Positions 21,770 to 31,579 of a stretch of DNA of 39,141 bases are shown piece by piece. Numbering within the stretch: position 1 is the first letter of the stretch; each line of letters begins with the position of its first letter. Location of the stretch: NCBI GenBank assembly GCA_007125745.1, contig SLCQ01000034.1, positions 1 through 39,141 on the forward strand, read 5' to 3'. Made by a program: the position numbers and the translations under genes. The stretch is from Nitrincola sp. GTDB lineage: Bacteria > Pseudomonadota > Gammaproteobacteria > Pseudomonadales > Balneatricaceae. The notes beneath the pieces were generated by a model. It saw only the letters and a list, made by a program, of their open reading frames with translations. It ran no database searches and was not told the origin of the DNA.

Positions 21770-22798
21770 CTATTTCCTTAGCAAAGGCTCTAATGCTTTT
21801 ACGGATTCATGAATCAAGGTTGGCCCTCGATATATCAATCCAGAATAGATCTGCACCAAGCTGGCACCCGCTTCAATTTTAGCGATAGCATCAAAAGGTT
21901 CAGTGATACCACCCACACCGATAATCGGTAACGCACCTTTCAAATGGCGGTGTAATGATGCAATAGCCGCGGTTGAACGGTTGCGCACTGGTGCACCGCT
22001 TAAGCCGCCGACTTCTTGTGCAAAAGGAGAATCTTCAACACCTTCTCGACTTAAAGTGGTGTTGGTTGCAATCACTGCATCCATTTCATAGCTTTTTAAC
22101 GCGTTAGCGACCAGCTCAAACTCTTCCTCTTCCATATCAGGCGCTATCTTTAAGGCAATGGGTACATATTTTGTATGTAGCTTTGAGAGCCTTGCCTGCT
22201 CATTTTTTAACGCATCTAATAAACCATTCAACGAATCACCAAACTGTAAACTACGTAAACCCGGTGTGTTTGGTGATGAAATATTGACCGTAATATAGCT
22301 CGCGCGATCATAGACGCGACGCAAACAATAGAGATAATCATCATTCGCTTGCTTGTTAGGCGTATCTTTGTTTTTACCGATATTGATCCCTAAAATGCCT
22401 TTATAGCGCACTTTTTCAAGATTTTTCAGTAATTGATCCACACCATCATTATTGAATCCCATGCGATTGATGATCGCGATATGATCCGCCAGGCGAAAAA
22501 TTCTGGGTCGAGGATTCCCCGCTTGCGGCCTCGGCGTCACCGTTCCTACTTCAATGAATCCAAACCCCATGCCAGCCAACCCATCAACGGCAGTCCCATT
22601 TTTATCCAGTCCAGCGGCAAGTCCTACTGGGTTGGGAAAACGCAGACCCATCACCTCAACCGGCAGGCTGCGCGTGCGTGCTCCAGCTAAGTGCTGTAAG
22701 CCAAGCTCAGACAACAGGTTCATACTGGATAACGACAGGTTATGCGCAGTTTCTGCATCGAGCTTAAACATCAATGATCGGGCTAGGTTGTATAACAT
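21770..22798 (-). CDS. pyrD: quinone-dependent dihydroorotate dehydrogenase (class 2)
   Basis: [45 protein letters not shown] (catalytic Ser), GGLSG. Confidence 0.98.
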   Translation of the reverse strand: MLYNLARSLMFKLDAETAHNLSLSSMNLLSELGLQHLAGARTRSLPVEVMGLRFPNPVGLAAGLDKNGTAVDGLAGMGFGFIEVGTVTPRPQAGNPRPRIFRLADHIAIINRMGFNNDGVDQLLKNLEKVRYKGILGINIGKNKDTPNKQANDDYLYCLRRVYDRASYITVNISSPNTPGLRSLQFGDSLNGLLDALKNEQARLSKLHTKYVPIALKIAPDMEEEEFELVANALKSYEMDAVIATNTTLSREGVEDSPFAQEVGGLSGAPVRNRSTAAIASLHRHLKGALPIIGVGGITEPFDAIAKIEAGASLVQIYSGLIYRGPTLIHESVKALEPLLRK

Positions 22799-22832
22799 AG
22801 AAATCTCAAAGCAGTTTTGAAAACGGGCAAGT

Positions 22833-22838
22833 ATTATA
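22833..22838 (-). promoter_or_regulatory. -10 element upstream of pyrD
   Basis: Perfect TATAAT on the minus strand about 35 nt before the ATG; no convincing -35. Confidence 0.4.
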
Positions 22839-22865
22839 CCCTTGAGTGAACCTACAATGACAGGG

Positions 22866-23087
22866 CTAAGACAAACGGTCTACCTGCAGGAGTTGTCCTT
22901 GATCGTCATAATACACAGCAAAGGTTCCATAAAGTCCCGAAAGTGAGACAAATTGACGCATAACCGTGGCGGGGAGTCGGACAGTGCGACCATCACGAGC
23001 ACGTGCAGAAATCTGTACTGCACGACCTTGGTAGTATTTCATATATTCTGCCCGGCTAATCGCCAGGTCAAGGATCAGATATTTCAT
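22866..23087 (-). CDS. DUF2835 family protein
   Basis: IS...Y..YYQG....[18 protein letters not shown]...G..GTF pattern. ATG 23087 preferred over the TTG at 23093. Confidence 0.85.
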   Translation of the reverse strand: MKYLILDLAISRAEYMKYYQGRAVQISARARDGRTVRLPATVMRQFVSLSGLYGTFAVYYDDQGQLLQVDRLS

Positions 23088-23140
23088 CAGCAAACTGCCA
23101 GATAAGACTGGCAGTTTGTGATGATTTCTTACACAACTAC

Positions 23141-26100
23141 TCAGTCAGCACTATGGACACAGGTTCGGGCAAGATCATACAACTCTCGGACCGCTACTGT
23201 ATACATTGCATAGTCTTGAACTTTCGCAGATTGTAAATCGTCAAGCACTTTATCCCAGCGCTCAATCAGCGCACTGTTCAGTTCACTCCATTGTTCTAAC
23301 AAGCTACTGGTATCCCCTTTAGTCGCTTTGCCCAGTTTAAGAACGGAGGCCATCAGTGCTCGCTGGTTCCAATCCAAGTCATCTCGGAATGCATCACGGG
23401 CTAAGCCTTGCCAGTTGCTGTCGACATCCAGATCATTAAGTTGCATGGAGAACCAGTGAAGTTCAAGTCGTTCACCCAAGCCGAAGAAAGCTTGTGCTGC
23501 GTTTTGCATATCCACTTTTTCTTCACGTGCCACTTCGATAACAGCTAATGCAGAGAACAGGATATTGGAACCCGCAACAACCTTCGCTAATGCTGCAGGG
23601 ACACCTGCATCTGTATAGCGCTGGTAAGCTTTTTCCCATTGAGTCTTAGGTTCACCACAGAGCAATTCACCTAGGTTTTCGGCAACTTGCTGTAGCGGTT
23701 TTGCAAACAGATCGATCTCTTGTTTACATTCAATACCACCACGACGATTGCGCAAGAACCAGCGTGTAGCATGCCGCACTAGGTACTGAAGTCGTTCCAT
23801 CATTTCCAGCTGAATAGACGCATCTACCTGATAGTCCAATAACTCTATTTCTTTCCAAAGCTCTCGGATACGGAAGGTATCTCTGACCAGAACATAAGCA
23901 CGTGTCAGCGTTTCTATATCACTGCCAGTTGAAATACTCAGTCGGTCAGCAAAATTGATCCCCATGAGGTTCACAATTTCATTAGCAACCTGAGTTGATA
24001 CAATTTCTCGGACCAGTCGATGTTCTGTTAACTCTTTACCAAACTGCTCACGCATCTGTTTTGGAAAGGCTGTAACCAGTTCTTGCGCAACATACTCATC
24101 ACTTGGTAGGTCCGTTGCCAGTAAGCGCTCTTTCAGATCCGCTTTACTGTAGGATACCAGTACAGATAACTCAGGGCGGCTCAATCCTTTGCCAGCTGAT
24201 CGCTGCTCTTCTATCTCTTCATCAGAAGGGATATATTCCAGTTTACGATTGAGCTTACCCTGCCCTTCAAGCTTGGTAATAAAGCGCTGATATTCAGAAA
24301 TAGCAATCAGCGAACGTCTTTCTGCCAAGGTCAAAGCTTGCACTTGACGATAGTTGTTCTTCAATACGAGTGAAGAAACCTCGTCTGTCATCTCGACTAA
24401 AAGCTTATTACGTTGCTTCAGGGTCATATCACCCGCGGCGACAAGGCTGTTGAGCAAAATCTTGATATTGACTTCGTGGTCAGAGCAGTCAACACCGCCA
24501 GCATTATCGATAAAGTCTGTATTGATGCGCCCACCATGTCGCGCATATTCCATACGACCCATCTGGGTCATGCCGAGGTTACCACCCTCACCAATCACAC
24601 GACACTGCAGGTCACAGCCGTTCACCCGTAAACCATCATTAGCTTTATCGCCAACATCAGCATTATTTTCATGGCTAGCTTTGATATAGGTACCGATACC
24701 TCCATTCCACAACAGATCAAACTGTGATTTCAAAAGGGCAGATATCAGATCGGTCGGTGTCATTTGTGCAACACTTACACCGAGCATTTTTTTCATTTCG
24801 GGTGTGAGTTTGATCGACTTAGCTGATCGCTCGAAAACGCCACCTCCTTTAGAAATCAACGAAGTATCGTAGTCATTCCAACCTGACCGTGGCAACTTGA
24901 AGAGACGCTCTCGCTCAGCATAGCTTTTTGCTGGATCAGGATCAGGGTCAATAAAGATATGCAGATGGTTAAATCCTGCTACCAGTTTGATCTGGTCAGA
25001 CAGAAGCATACCATTTCCAAATACATCACCCGACATGTCACCAATGCCCACAACTGTGAACGGTTCTGTGCGCGTATTGTGACCTAATTCACGGAAGTGA
25101 CGTTCCACTGAAACCCAGGCACCTTTTGCTGTAATGCCCATTTTCTTGTGGTCATACCCCTGACTTCCGCCCGAAGCAAATGCATCACCCAACCAAAAGT
25201 TGTATTCAGCCGCAATGCCATTAGCAATATCGGAGAAGGTTGCGGTGCCTTTGTCTGCTGCGACAACAAGATAGGTGTCATCTTCATCATGGCGCACCAC
25301 ATTTTTCGGTGGCACCACATCACCCTCTATTAAATTATCGGTAATGTCTAACAAGGCACTGATAAACATTTTATAACAGTTAACACCTTCATCCAGCCAT
25401 TCATCACGACTCATGCCCGAGTGCAACTGTTTAGCTACAAACCCGCCTTTCGCCCCTACGGGTACGATGACCGCATTTTTAACCTGTTGCGCTTTTACCA
25501 GCCCAAGCACTTCGGTTCTAAAGTCTTCGTTACGGTCAGACCAACGAAGCCCGCCACGAGCGACTTTACCCCCTCGTAAATGAACACCTTCCACACGCGG
25601 TGAAAAGACAAAAATCTCAAACATGGGTCTCGGTTGCGGGATATCAGGGATCTCTGCAGGAGATAGTTTGAATGAGATGTAGGGTTTATGTTGACCCTCA
25701 ACCTTCTGGAAAAAGTTGGTTCTAAGCGTTGCTTTCATCAACACTAAGTACTGACGTATAACCTGATCTTCATTGAGGCTAGCAACATTTTCAAGCGCTT
25801 CCTGAATACGCTCTTCTACCGCGCTTTCTGCCTTAGAACTGGCCTTTTCTGGATCAAAACGTGCGTCAAAAAGATTCACCAGTTCACGCGCAATGCCAAC
25901 ATGGTTATTCATGGCAGCGATGACGGCTTCAGTACTGATTGGAAAGCGGATTTGCTTCATGTAGGCAGCATAAGCTCGTAAAACCTTAACTTGACGCCAG
26001 CCTAAACCCGCACCCAGTACGAGCTTATTAAAGTCATCACTACTGCAAGCACCCTTCCATATATGCAGGAAGGCATCTTCAAACGTCTCTTGTAGTTCTT

Positions 26101-27973
26101 CAATAGAGGCGTGTTGCTGACCACTGTAACGAAGATTGAAATCATGTATCCAGATAGTATTACCATCCGTTGTGATCTCATAAGGGTGTTCATCCATGAC
26201 TCTTAAGCCGAGGTTCTCCAATATGGGCAACACATCCGACAAAGGTAAGGAATTGCCGTAATGGAAAAGTTTGAAATTTAACTCATCCTCTTCCCTATTT
26301 AAGGCCCGATAGAAGCTTAAGGCAATAGGGTTTTCTTCACTCATGCTTTGCATGTGCTGAATATCAATCACAGCGGTGCGCGCTGAAAAATGAGCCCGAT
26401 AGCTCGCTGGAAAACCGCTACCAAAGTGGTTAAAGCTGTGAATCCCTTTTTCCTCTCCTAAGGTTTCAGTGAGGGCCGTAAACAGATCCTCTTCCCAGCT
26501 ACGCGCTGCTTCTCGAATTTGGTGCTCAATCTCTTTAACGTCAAACGCTTCGATTACAGCCTGATCTGCATCTTCGTTACGTAAATTAAACTGAGTGCGT
26601 GCCAGAATTGACTCTGAAAAGTAGGTGGTAAACTCAGCGAGTTCACACTGCAAGGATGTTTTCAATATGGTTTCAGCACGCACACGGAACTCGGTGCTGT
26701 ATATTTCTCTTGGGACATACACCAGTGCTGAAAAATAATGGCCTTGTTGGTCTCGACGCACAAAAACTCGAATTTGACGGCGCTCACGAATTTCCAAAAT
26801 GCCAATTGCCATTGATGTCAGTTCATCAACTTGCATTTGGAACAATTCATCACGAGGAAAGGTTTCCAATATCTGTAATAACTGCTTCCAATCATGACCT
26901 TGCTCATAGAAGCCGGAGTTATTCAATACCGTACTAATTTTATTGCGAATAACGGGAATTTCGCGCGGTGAGTGCATATACACAGCCGAGGTGTATAAGC
27001 CTAAAAATCTCACCTCACCTATCTGATTACCTTTGGCATCAAAACGCTTAAAGCCAATGTAATCAGGAAAAGCGGGACGGTGCACTCGTGATTTGGCCGC
27101 CGCTTTAGAGAAACTGATTAAGTCAGGCAAGAGAGTGTGCTGATCGGCATTCAGATTTTCGGCATCTAAGAACTTTGCTCTGCACTCTTCGTTGCAGTCT
27201 CTTAACAAACCGAGTCCAGAGCCTTTTACAGGTTCTAAAGACTCTTTTTTAGCTGATTTTTTAAGATCAAAAAGCTCATATCCCAAAAAGGTGAAATTAC
27301 TTTTCATCCATTCCAGAAAATCAGTCGCTTCAGCCAGATCTTTTTTCTCGAGTGACTTACTGACTGTTTTGAGATGCTCCAACTGTTCTGAAACAGCGTC
27401 AAGCATCGGCTGAAAGTCATCAACTGATGCCTTTACTTGATCTAACACTTCGAAGAGTTCAGTCCGAATGGATTCAAGCATGGCTGTGTCGGTATGACGA
27501 TCCACTTCAATCGCGACGATGGATTCGGCTGATCCCTTGGTTTTATTTAACCCTTTTAATACCCCATTGGCATCTCTGTCTGTTGTCAGCACCACATTAT
27601 TAATCGCATGGATAGACAGGTTCAGACGATTGAGTTCCATGCGCAGTGAGTCAATGATAAATGGACGATCAGTAGACACAACGGCAATCACTGTATGGGT
27701 TGATTGCCAACCATGGCGCTCATAATCTGGATTGAAGACTTTTATTCTGGGCTCATCAGTAGGTGTCTCTTGAATAAACTCCCACATGTTCAGGGTTGCA
27801 CCCAGCAGGTCATCTAGACGCCACTTTTGTAAATCCATCTCTGGAGTATTGCGATAAAAGCTATCAACAAACTGATTCAGGAGCGTTGACTTGCTACCTG
27901 CCAGTCGATTGCCTATCTCAGATTTAAGACGTTCCAGGATCGTTTCCTTTGTTTCCGCAACGTTTAGGGGCAT
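23141..27973 (-). CDS. gdhB: large NAD-specific glutamate dehydrogenase
   Basis: 1610 aa from ATG 27973; GVHLRGGKVARGGLRWSDR, KAQQVKNAVIVPVGAKGGF, VVAADKGTATFSD, GYDHKKMGITAKGAW, GIGDMSGDVFGNG, NAGGVDCSDHEVNIKI. Confidence 0.97.
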   Translation of the reverse strand: MPLNVAETKETILERLKSEIGNRLAGSKSTLLNQFVDSFYRNTPEMDLQKWRLDDLLGATLNMWEFIQETPTDEPRIKVFNPDYERHGWQSTHTVIAVVSTDRPFIIDSLRMELNRLNLSIHAINNVVLTTDRDANGVLKGLNKTKGSAESIVAIEVDRHTDTAMLESIRTELFEVLDQVKASVDDFQPMLDAVSEQLEHLKTVSKSLEKKDLAEATDFLEWMKSNFTFLGYELFDLKKSAKKESLEPVKGSGLGLLRDCNEECRAKFLDAENLNADQHTLLPDLISFSKAAAKSRVHRPAFPDYIGFKRFDAKGNQIGEVRFLGLYTSAVYMHSPREIPVIRNKISTVLNNSGFYEQGHDWKQLLQILETFPRDELFQMQVDELTSMAIGILEIRERRQIRVFVRRDQQGHYFSALVYVPREIYSTEFRVRAETILKTSLQCELAEFTTYFSESILARTQFNLRNEDADQAVIEAFDVKEIEHQIREAARSWEEDLFTALTETLGEEKGIHSFNHFGSGFPASYRAHFSARTAVIDIQHMQSMSEENPIALSFYRALNREEDELNFKLFHYGNSLPLSDVLPILENLGLRVMDEHPYEITTDGNTIWIHDFNLRYSGQQHASIEELQETFEDAFLHIWKGACSSDDFNKLVLGAGLGWRQVKVLRAYAAYMKQIRFPISTEAVIAAMNNHVGIARELVNLFDARFDPEKASSKAESAVEERIQEALENVASLNEDQVIRQYLVLMKATLRTNFFQKVEGQHKPYISFKLSPAEIPDIPQPRPMFEIFVFSPRVEGVHLRGGKVARGGLRWSDRNEDFRTEVLGLVKAQQVKNAVIVPVGAKGGFVAKQLHSGMSRDEWLDEGVNCYKMFISALLDITDNLIEGDVVPPKNVVRHDEDDTYLVVAADKGTATFSDIANGIAAEYNFWLGDAFASGGSQGYDHKKMGITAKGAWVSVERHFRELGHNTRTEPFTVVGIGDMSGDVFGNGMLLSDQIKLVAGFNHLHIFIDPDPDPAKSYAERERLFKLPRSGWNDYDTSLISKGGGVFERSAKSIKLTPEMKKMLGVSVAQMTPTDLISALLKSQFDLLWNGGIGTYIKASHENNADVGDKANDGLRVNGCDLQCRVIGEGGNLGMTQMGRMEYARHGGRINTDFIDNAGGVDCSDHEVNIKILLNSLVAAGDMTLKQRNKLLVEMTDEVSSLVLKNNYRQVQALTLAERRSLIAISEYQRFITKLEGQGKLNRKLEYIPSDEEIEEQRSAGKGLSRPELSVLVSYSKADLKERLLATDLPSDEYVAQELVTAFPKQMREQFGKELTEHRLVREIVSTQVANEIVNLMGINFADRLSISTGSDIETLTRAYVLVRDTFRIRELWKEIELLDYQVDASIQLEMMERLQYLVRHATRWFLRNRRGGIECKQEIDLFAKPLQQVAENLGELLCGEPKTQWEKAYQRYTDAGVPAALAKVVAGSNILFSALAVIEVAREEKVDMQNAAQAFFGLGERLELHWFSMQLNDLDVDSNWQGLARDAFRDDLDWNQRALMASVLKLGKATKGDTSSLLEQWSELNSALIERWDKVLDDLQSAKVQDYAMYTVAVRELYDLARTCVHSAD

Positions 27974-28084
27974 ATCTCTCTCTCTTTTTTTAGTTTTTTT
28001 GCTATGGGTATACACAATGGATGATTGCGTATCGAATAGCCTTTCCTGATAATGAGTTAAAATTTAACTACTACTTAAGACTAT

Positions 28085-29458
28085 ATGATCAGGCACGTTA
28101 CGCAAGGGGTATTGGTAGGATTTCTACTTTTTTTTTATACCGCCATCCTTCAGGCTGAAGTTCCGGTTAATCACCCGATTCAGCTCACTATAGAAACGGA
28201 TCGTAATCAGGTATATCAAGACACGCAGTTAATTGTCACGCTTCATATTTTTCATGATGAGGCGCTACCTGAATCCGTTGATATTATTCCTCCAGAACTG
28301 GAACATGGTCGCGTGCGAACATTAGGGCTACCTCATACTCGTGTTGAACCCGGTTTGGATCAACCCAGTTTCCATACCACCCAGCAATTTGCACTTTTTC
28401 CAGCTCAAGCAGGCTATCTGGAAGGTCGTGGGCCAAGTGTGAGATTTCCGTCACCCTTTAACAATAGCACTGAAACACTCACCACTGAATTAAACGGCAT
28501 TACAGTTGCTACTCGACCTGAAGGTCAAGCTTGGCTTCCCAGTGAAAATCTAGTGTTAAGTGATCGAGTACACCCCATCACAGATGGAGGTCATATACGC
28601 CAAATTTCGCTTTTTTCGATGGGAAGCCTTCCGCATCAGCTTCCACAACAGCTTATCAACACCACCGATCGCCAAGACTATCAACTGATTGAACGAAACA
28701 TTGACGAGTTTCAATCTCGACAGGGAGTCTCAAGCCATCTACAAGAGCTGTGGTATATACACCCAACGCCTAACGCATCCATTTCACAACCTATTAGCCA
28801 TGTGGTTTGGTGGGATACTGAAGCAGAAGCATTTAGAGAAACGCAATTACCCGCGCCCAGTTTACGCACTACCAATGAGGAACCTTCATCACCTAAACTT
28901 GACCTGCAACAACCTGCTGTGAGTTCAACTCCCGAAACAAACACTGACGCGCCCACCGAGAACAGTCGCTGGACAGATTTTTGGATTCAAGTCGCGATTG
29001 GATTTACATTACTCACTGTCGTATCCTTGGCTATTCTTGCCGGTTTTAAGTTTCAATCTGGTCGGTCTGTAGCCAAGTTATCGACGCCTAAAAACCCTAC
29101 AGGCTCACAGACATCAGTTCCACGAAACGATGCCCGTCGACACTCGCCACCCGCTCAACTCAATCGTGATACTCGACACTTAGGTCAACAAGCGGAGTTG
29201 TTGGCATTTCAAGAACTCACACGTGCATGCCAAGAAAACGCTTGCTATGAGGCGCGCATGGCATTGGTGTATTGGGCGGCCTGCTTCTGGCCAGAAAAGC
29301 GCATCACACAGCCTGAATCTATTTTTCAGGCCAATGTCAGCCAAACACTGAACTACCTTCTATTAGATCTTGAGCATCATATTAAACAATCACAACAAAG
29401 TGAGTGGCGTGGTGACCTGCTGTTAGAGGCAGTCAGAACACTTCGACGTCGACGTTAA
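28085..29458 (+). CDS. BatD-family membrane-anchored protein
   Basis: Signal peptide (LQA-E), beta-rich BatD-like segments (QVYQDTQLIVTLHI, FALFPAQAG, AWLPSENLVLS, VVWWDT), Pro/Ser/Thr linker, TM helix, C-terminal AC...AR.AL..WA...W.G..LL domain. Confidence 0.72.
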   Translation: MIRHVTQGVLVGFLLFFYTAILQAEVPVNHPIQLTIETDRNQVYQDTQLIVTLHIFHDEALPESVDIIPPELEHGRVRTLGLPHTRVEPGLDQPSFHTTQQFALFPAQAGYLEGRGPSVRFPSPFNNSTETLTTELNGITVATRPEGQAWLPSENLVLSDRVHPITDGGHIRQISLFSMGSLPHQLPQQLINTTDRQDYQLIERNIDEFQSRQGVSSHLQELWYIHPTPNASISQPISHVVWWDTEAEAFRETQLPAPSLRTTNEEPSSPKLDLQQPAVSSTPETNTDAPTENSRWTDFWIQVAIGFTLLTVVSLAILAGFKFQSGRSVAKLSTPKNPTGSQTSVPRNDARRHSPPAQLNRDTRHLGQQAELLAFQELTRACQENACYEARMALVYWAACFWPEKRITQPESIFQANVSQTLNYLLLDLEHHIKQSQQSEWRGDLLLEAVRTLRRRR

Positions 29459-29461
29459 AGC

Positions 29462-30331
29462 CTATTTCACCAACTGTTGCAATGCTTGATCCAATTGAGG
29501 ATAGCGAAAACTAAATCCAGATTGCTCAAGTGCACGAGGTTTAACGCACTGACCTTCCAATAACAACTCACTGGCTTCTCCAAGCATCAGCTTCATAGTG
29601 ATGGCGGGCACTCTGAAAAATGCAGGTCGTTTAAGTGCCTTGGCCAGTGATGCTGAAAATTGTGCATTGGTTACGGGTTCGGGTGCGGTTAAGTTAAAAG
29701 GCCCTGTTAGGGTAGGATGATCCATCAACCAGAGCATAGCATTGACTTGATCTTCAATATGAATCCACGACATCCACTGCTGTCCTGATGCAATCGGCCC
29801 GCCTAAACCGAGCTTAAAAGGTAGGAGCATTTTTTTTAGCGCGCCTTGACCAGCCCCTAAAACAACACCGGTTCTAATCAAGCAAACTCGAACACCCGCC
29901 GCTTCGGCTTTCAAAGCTTCAGCTTCCCAATCTGCGCAGAGTTGATGAGTGAAGCCCTCCACAGGACGCGCCTGTTCATCCAGCTCACCCTTTGCTTGAC
30001 TACCATAGTAACCAATTGCAGAACCACTGATGAGTAGGTGAGGCTTATCCGTTTGTTGAGCTATCCAGTTCACCAGCTTTGCTGTCGTCTGAATACGACT
30101 GCTACGCAGTAACTCTTTTCGCTCGGGTGTCCAGCGCTTATCAACTATTCCGGCACCTGCCAGATTAATAACGCAATCTATAGGCTCTTTAATCTGATCG
30201 AGTTGCGTTATCCAATTGGCTTTTGAAGAGGGTTGACGTGACCAAATCACGACTTCGTCCCCTCGCTGTGTTAGCGCTTGTGACAGTGCTTGTCCGATAA
30301 ATCCACTTCCGCCACTAATCAACACTCGCAT
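29462..30331 (-). CDS. TIGR01777 family NAD(P)-dependent epimerase (YfcH-like)
   Basis: Start ATG 30331 (AGGAG RBS); GGSGFIG, INLAGA, SRIxTT, SGSAIGYYG, GLGGPIASGQQWMSWIH, GPFNLTAP. Confidence 0.93.
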   Translation of the reverse strand: MRVLISGGSGFIGQALSQALTQRGDEVVIWSRQPSSKANWITQLDQIKEPIDCVINLAGAGIVDKRWTPERKELLRSSRIQTTAKLVNWIAQQTDKPHLLISGSAIGYYGSQAKGELDEQARPVEGFTHQLCADWEAEALKAEAAGVRVCLIRTGVVLGAGQGALKKMLLPFKLGLGGPIASGQQWMSWIHIEDQVNAMLWLMDHPTLTGPFNLTAPEPVTNAQFSASLAKALKRPAFFRVPAITMKLMLGEASELLLEGQCVKPRALEQSGFSFRYPQLDQALQQLVK

Positions 30332-30472
30332 TTGATTCTCTCCTAGGCTTTTTTTATATACACTAGTACATAACATCAAAATGACCAGATTGCAATTTGC
30401 ATCAACATGTTACATCTTTGTGTTATGACTGCTTTAAGTGATAACACGTTGAATCCATTAGGGACAAAAAAC

Positions 30473-31579
30473 ATGCTAACCGAGAAAGCAACTGAAGACG
30501 AAAATAAGGAGCTTCGCCAACGTGTTAGCATTTTGCATCACAAAGCTGAACGTAATGAACAGCTGTTAAAATCTTTTTTTGCGGCTGAGCTAGAATTACT
30601 GTCATGTGTCACTCTGGCTGAATTGATGGATTACTTATTGCATCGATTTAAGCAAGGGTTTGCTCTATCTAGTGTCACCTTGATGTTGCTTGACCCGGAA
30701 GATGCCGTACAAGAGTTGTTAGATGGGTCAGAACAGTATGATCACTTCAATGGACTGACCCTGCTTCACCACCCTGCGACCCTGCATGAGCTTTTTACAG
30801 ATGTAAAACCTTACTGCGGTGAAACCAACGCTTTTATAAAATCTTACTGCTTTCCACAGGGTGAAAAAGTTGAATCCTGCGCTTTACTACCCTTAGTCAG
30901 ACAGAACTGCCTGATTGGCGCTCTCTGCTTAGGTAGTGCAGATCCACAACGATACAATCACTTATTGCGCTACGACTATGTCGCTCACTTGGCATCTGTT
31001 GTGGCTGTTTGTATTGAAAATGCGATCAGTCGGGAAACCTTGCAAAAACTCAGTAGCCTAGATTCATTAACACGTGCCTTTAATCGTCGTGCGTTTAACC
31101 AACAACTGCTTCGAGAAATTAAACGTTGCAGTCGAACCGCCGAATCGATGGCCTGTATTCTGCTGGATATCGACCACTTTAAGCCTGTGAATGATACGCA
31201 CGGCCATCTTAGTGGTGACAAGATTTTAAGAGAAATGGCACAACTGTTGAAGGACAACTTAAGAGCCACCGACTGCGTAGCGCGCTATGGTGGTGAAGAG
31301 TTTGCCATTTTATTACCCGGGTGCGGTGAGTCTGAAGCCATTCGTGTCACAGAAAATCTGCGCAGTGTGATTGAACACACCTGCTTTACCGGACATCTAG
31401 GCGAGTCAATAGGGATTACCGCCTCTTTGGGTGTTACTTTGTGCGAACAACACCATACAGAAGCGCATGATCTGAAGCAGTTATCTGAGAGCCTGATCCA
31501 AAGTGCTGATCAAGCTCTCTATGTTGGCAAACGCAACGGACGAAACCAGGTGCGTTTTCAAGCCTTAAAGATAAGTTAA
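30473..31579 (+). CDS. diguanylate cyclase with N-terminal coiled coil and GAF-like (DUF484-type) domain
   Basis: SCALLPL...IGALCLGSADPQRY (DUF484/GAF-like), DSLT..FNRR, DIDHFKPVNDTHGH..GD, I-site RATD, intact GGEEF, GRNQV. Start ATG 30473 follows a GGGA RBS. Confidence 0.9.
   Translation: MLTEKATEDENKELRQRVSILHHKAERNEQLLKSFFAAELELLSCVTLAELMDYLLHRFKQGFALSSVTLMLLDPEDAVQELLDGSEQYDHFNGLTLLHHPATLHELFTDVKPYCGETNAFIKSYCFPQGEKVESCALLPLVRQNCLIGALCLGSADPQRYNHLLRYDYVAHLASVVAVCIENAISRETLQKLSSLDSLTRAFNRRAFNQQLLREIKRCSRTAESMACILLDIDHFKPVNDTHGHLSGDKILREMAQLLKDNLRATDCVARYGGEEFAILLPGCGESEAIRVTENLRSVIEHTCFTGHLGESIGITASLGVTLCEQHHTEAHDLKQLSESLIQSADQALYVGKRNGRNQVRFQALKIS

Noticed and set aside
30420-30447. Imperfect inverted repeat GTGTTATGACT...AGTGATAACAC upstream of the cyclase
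   Set aside because: Present, but I cannot tie it to a regulator or riboswitch; too weak to call.
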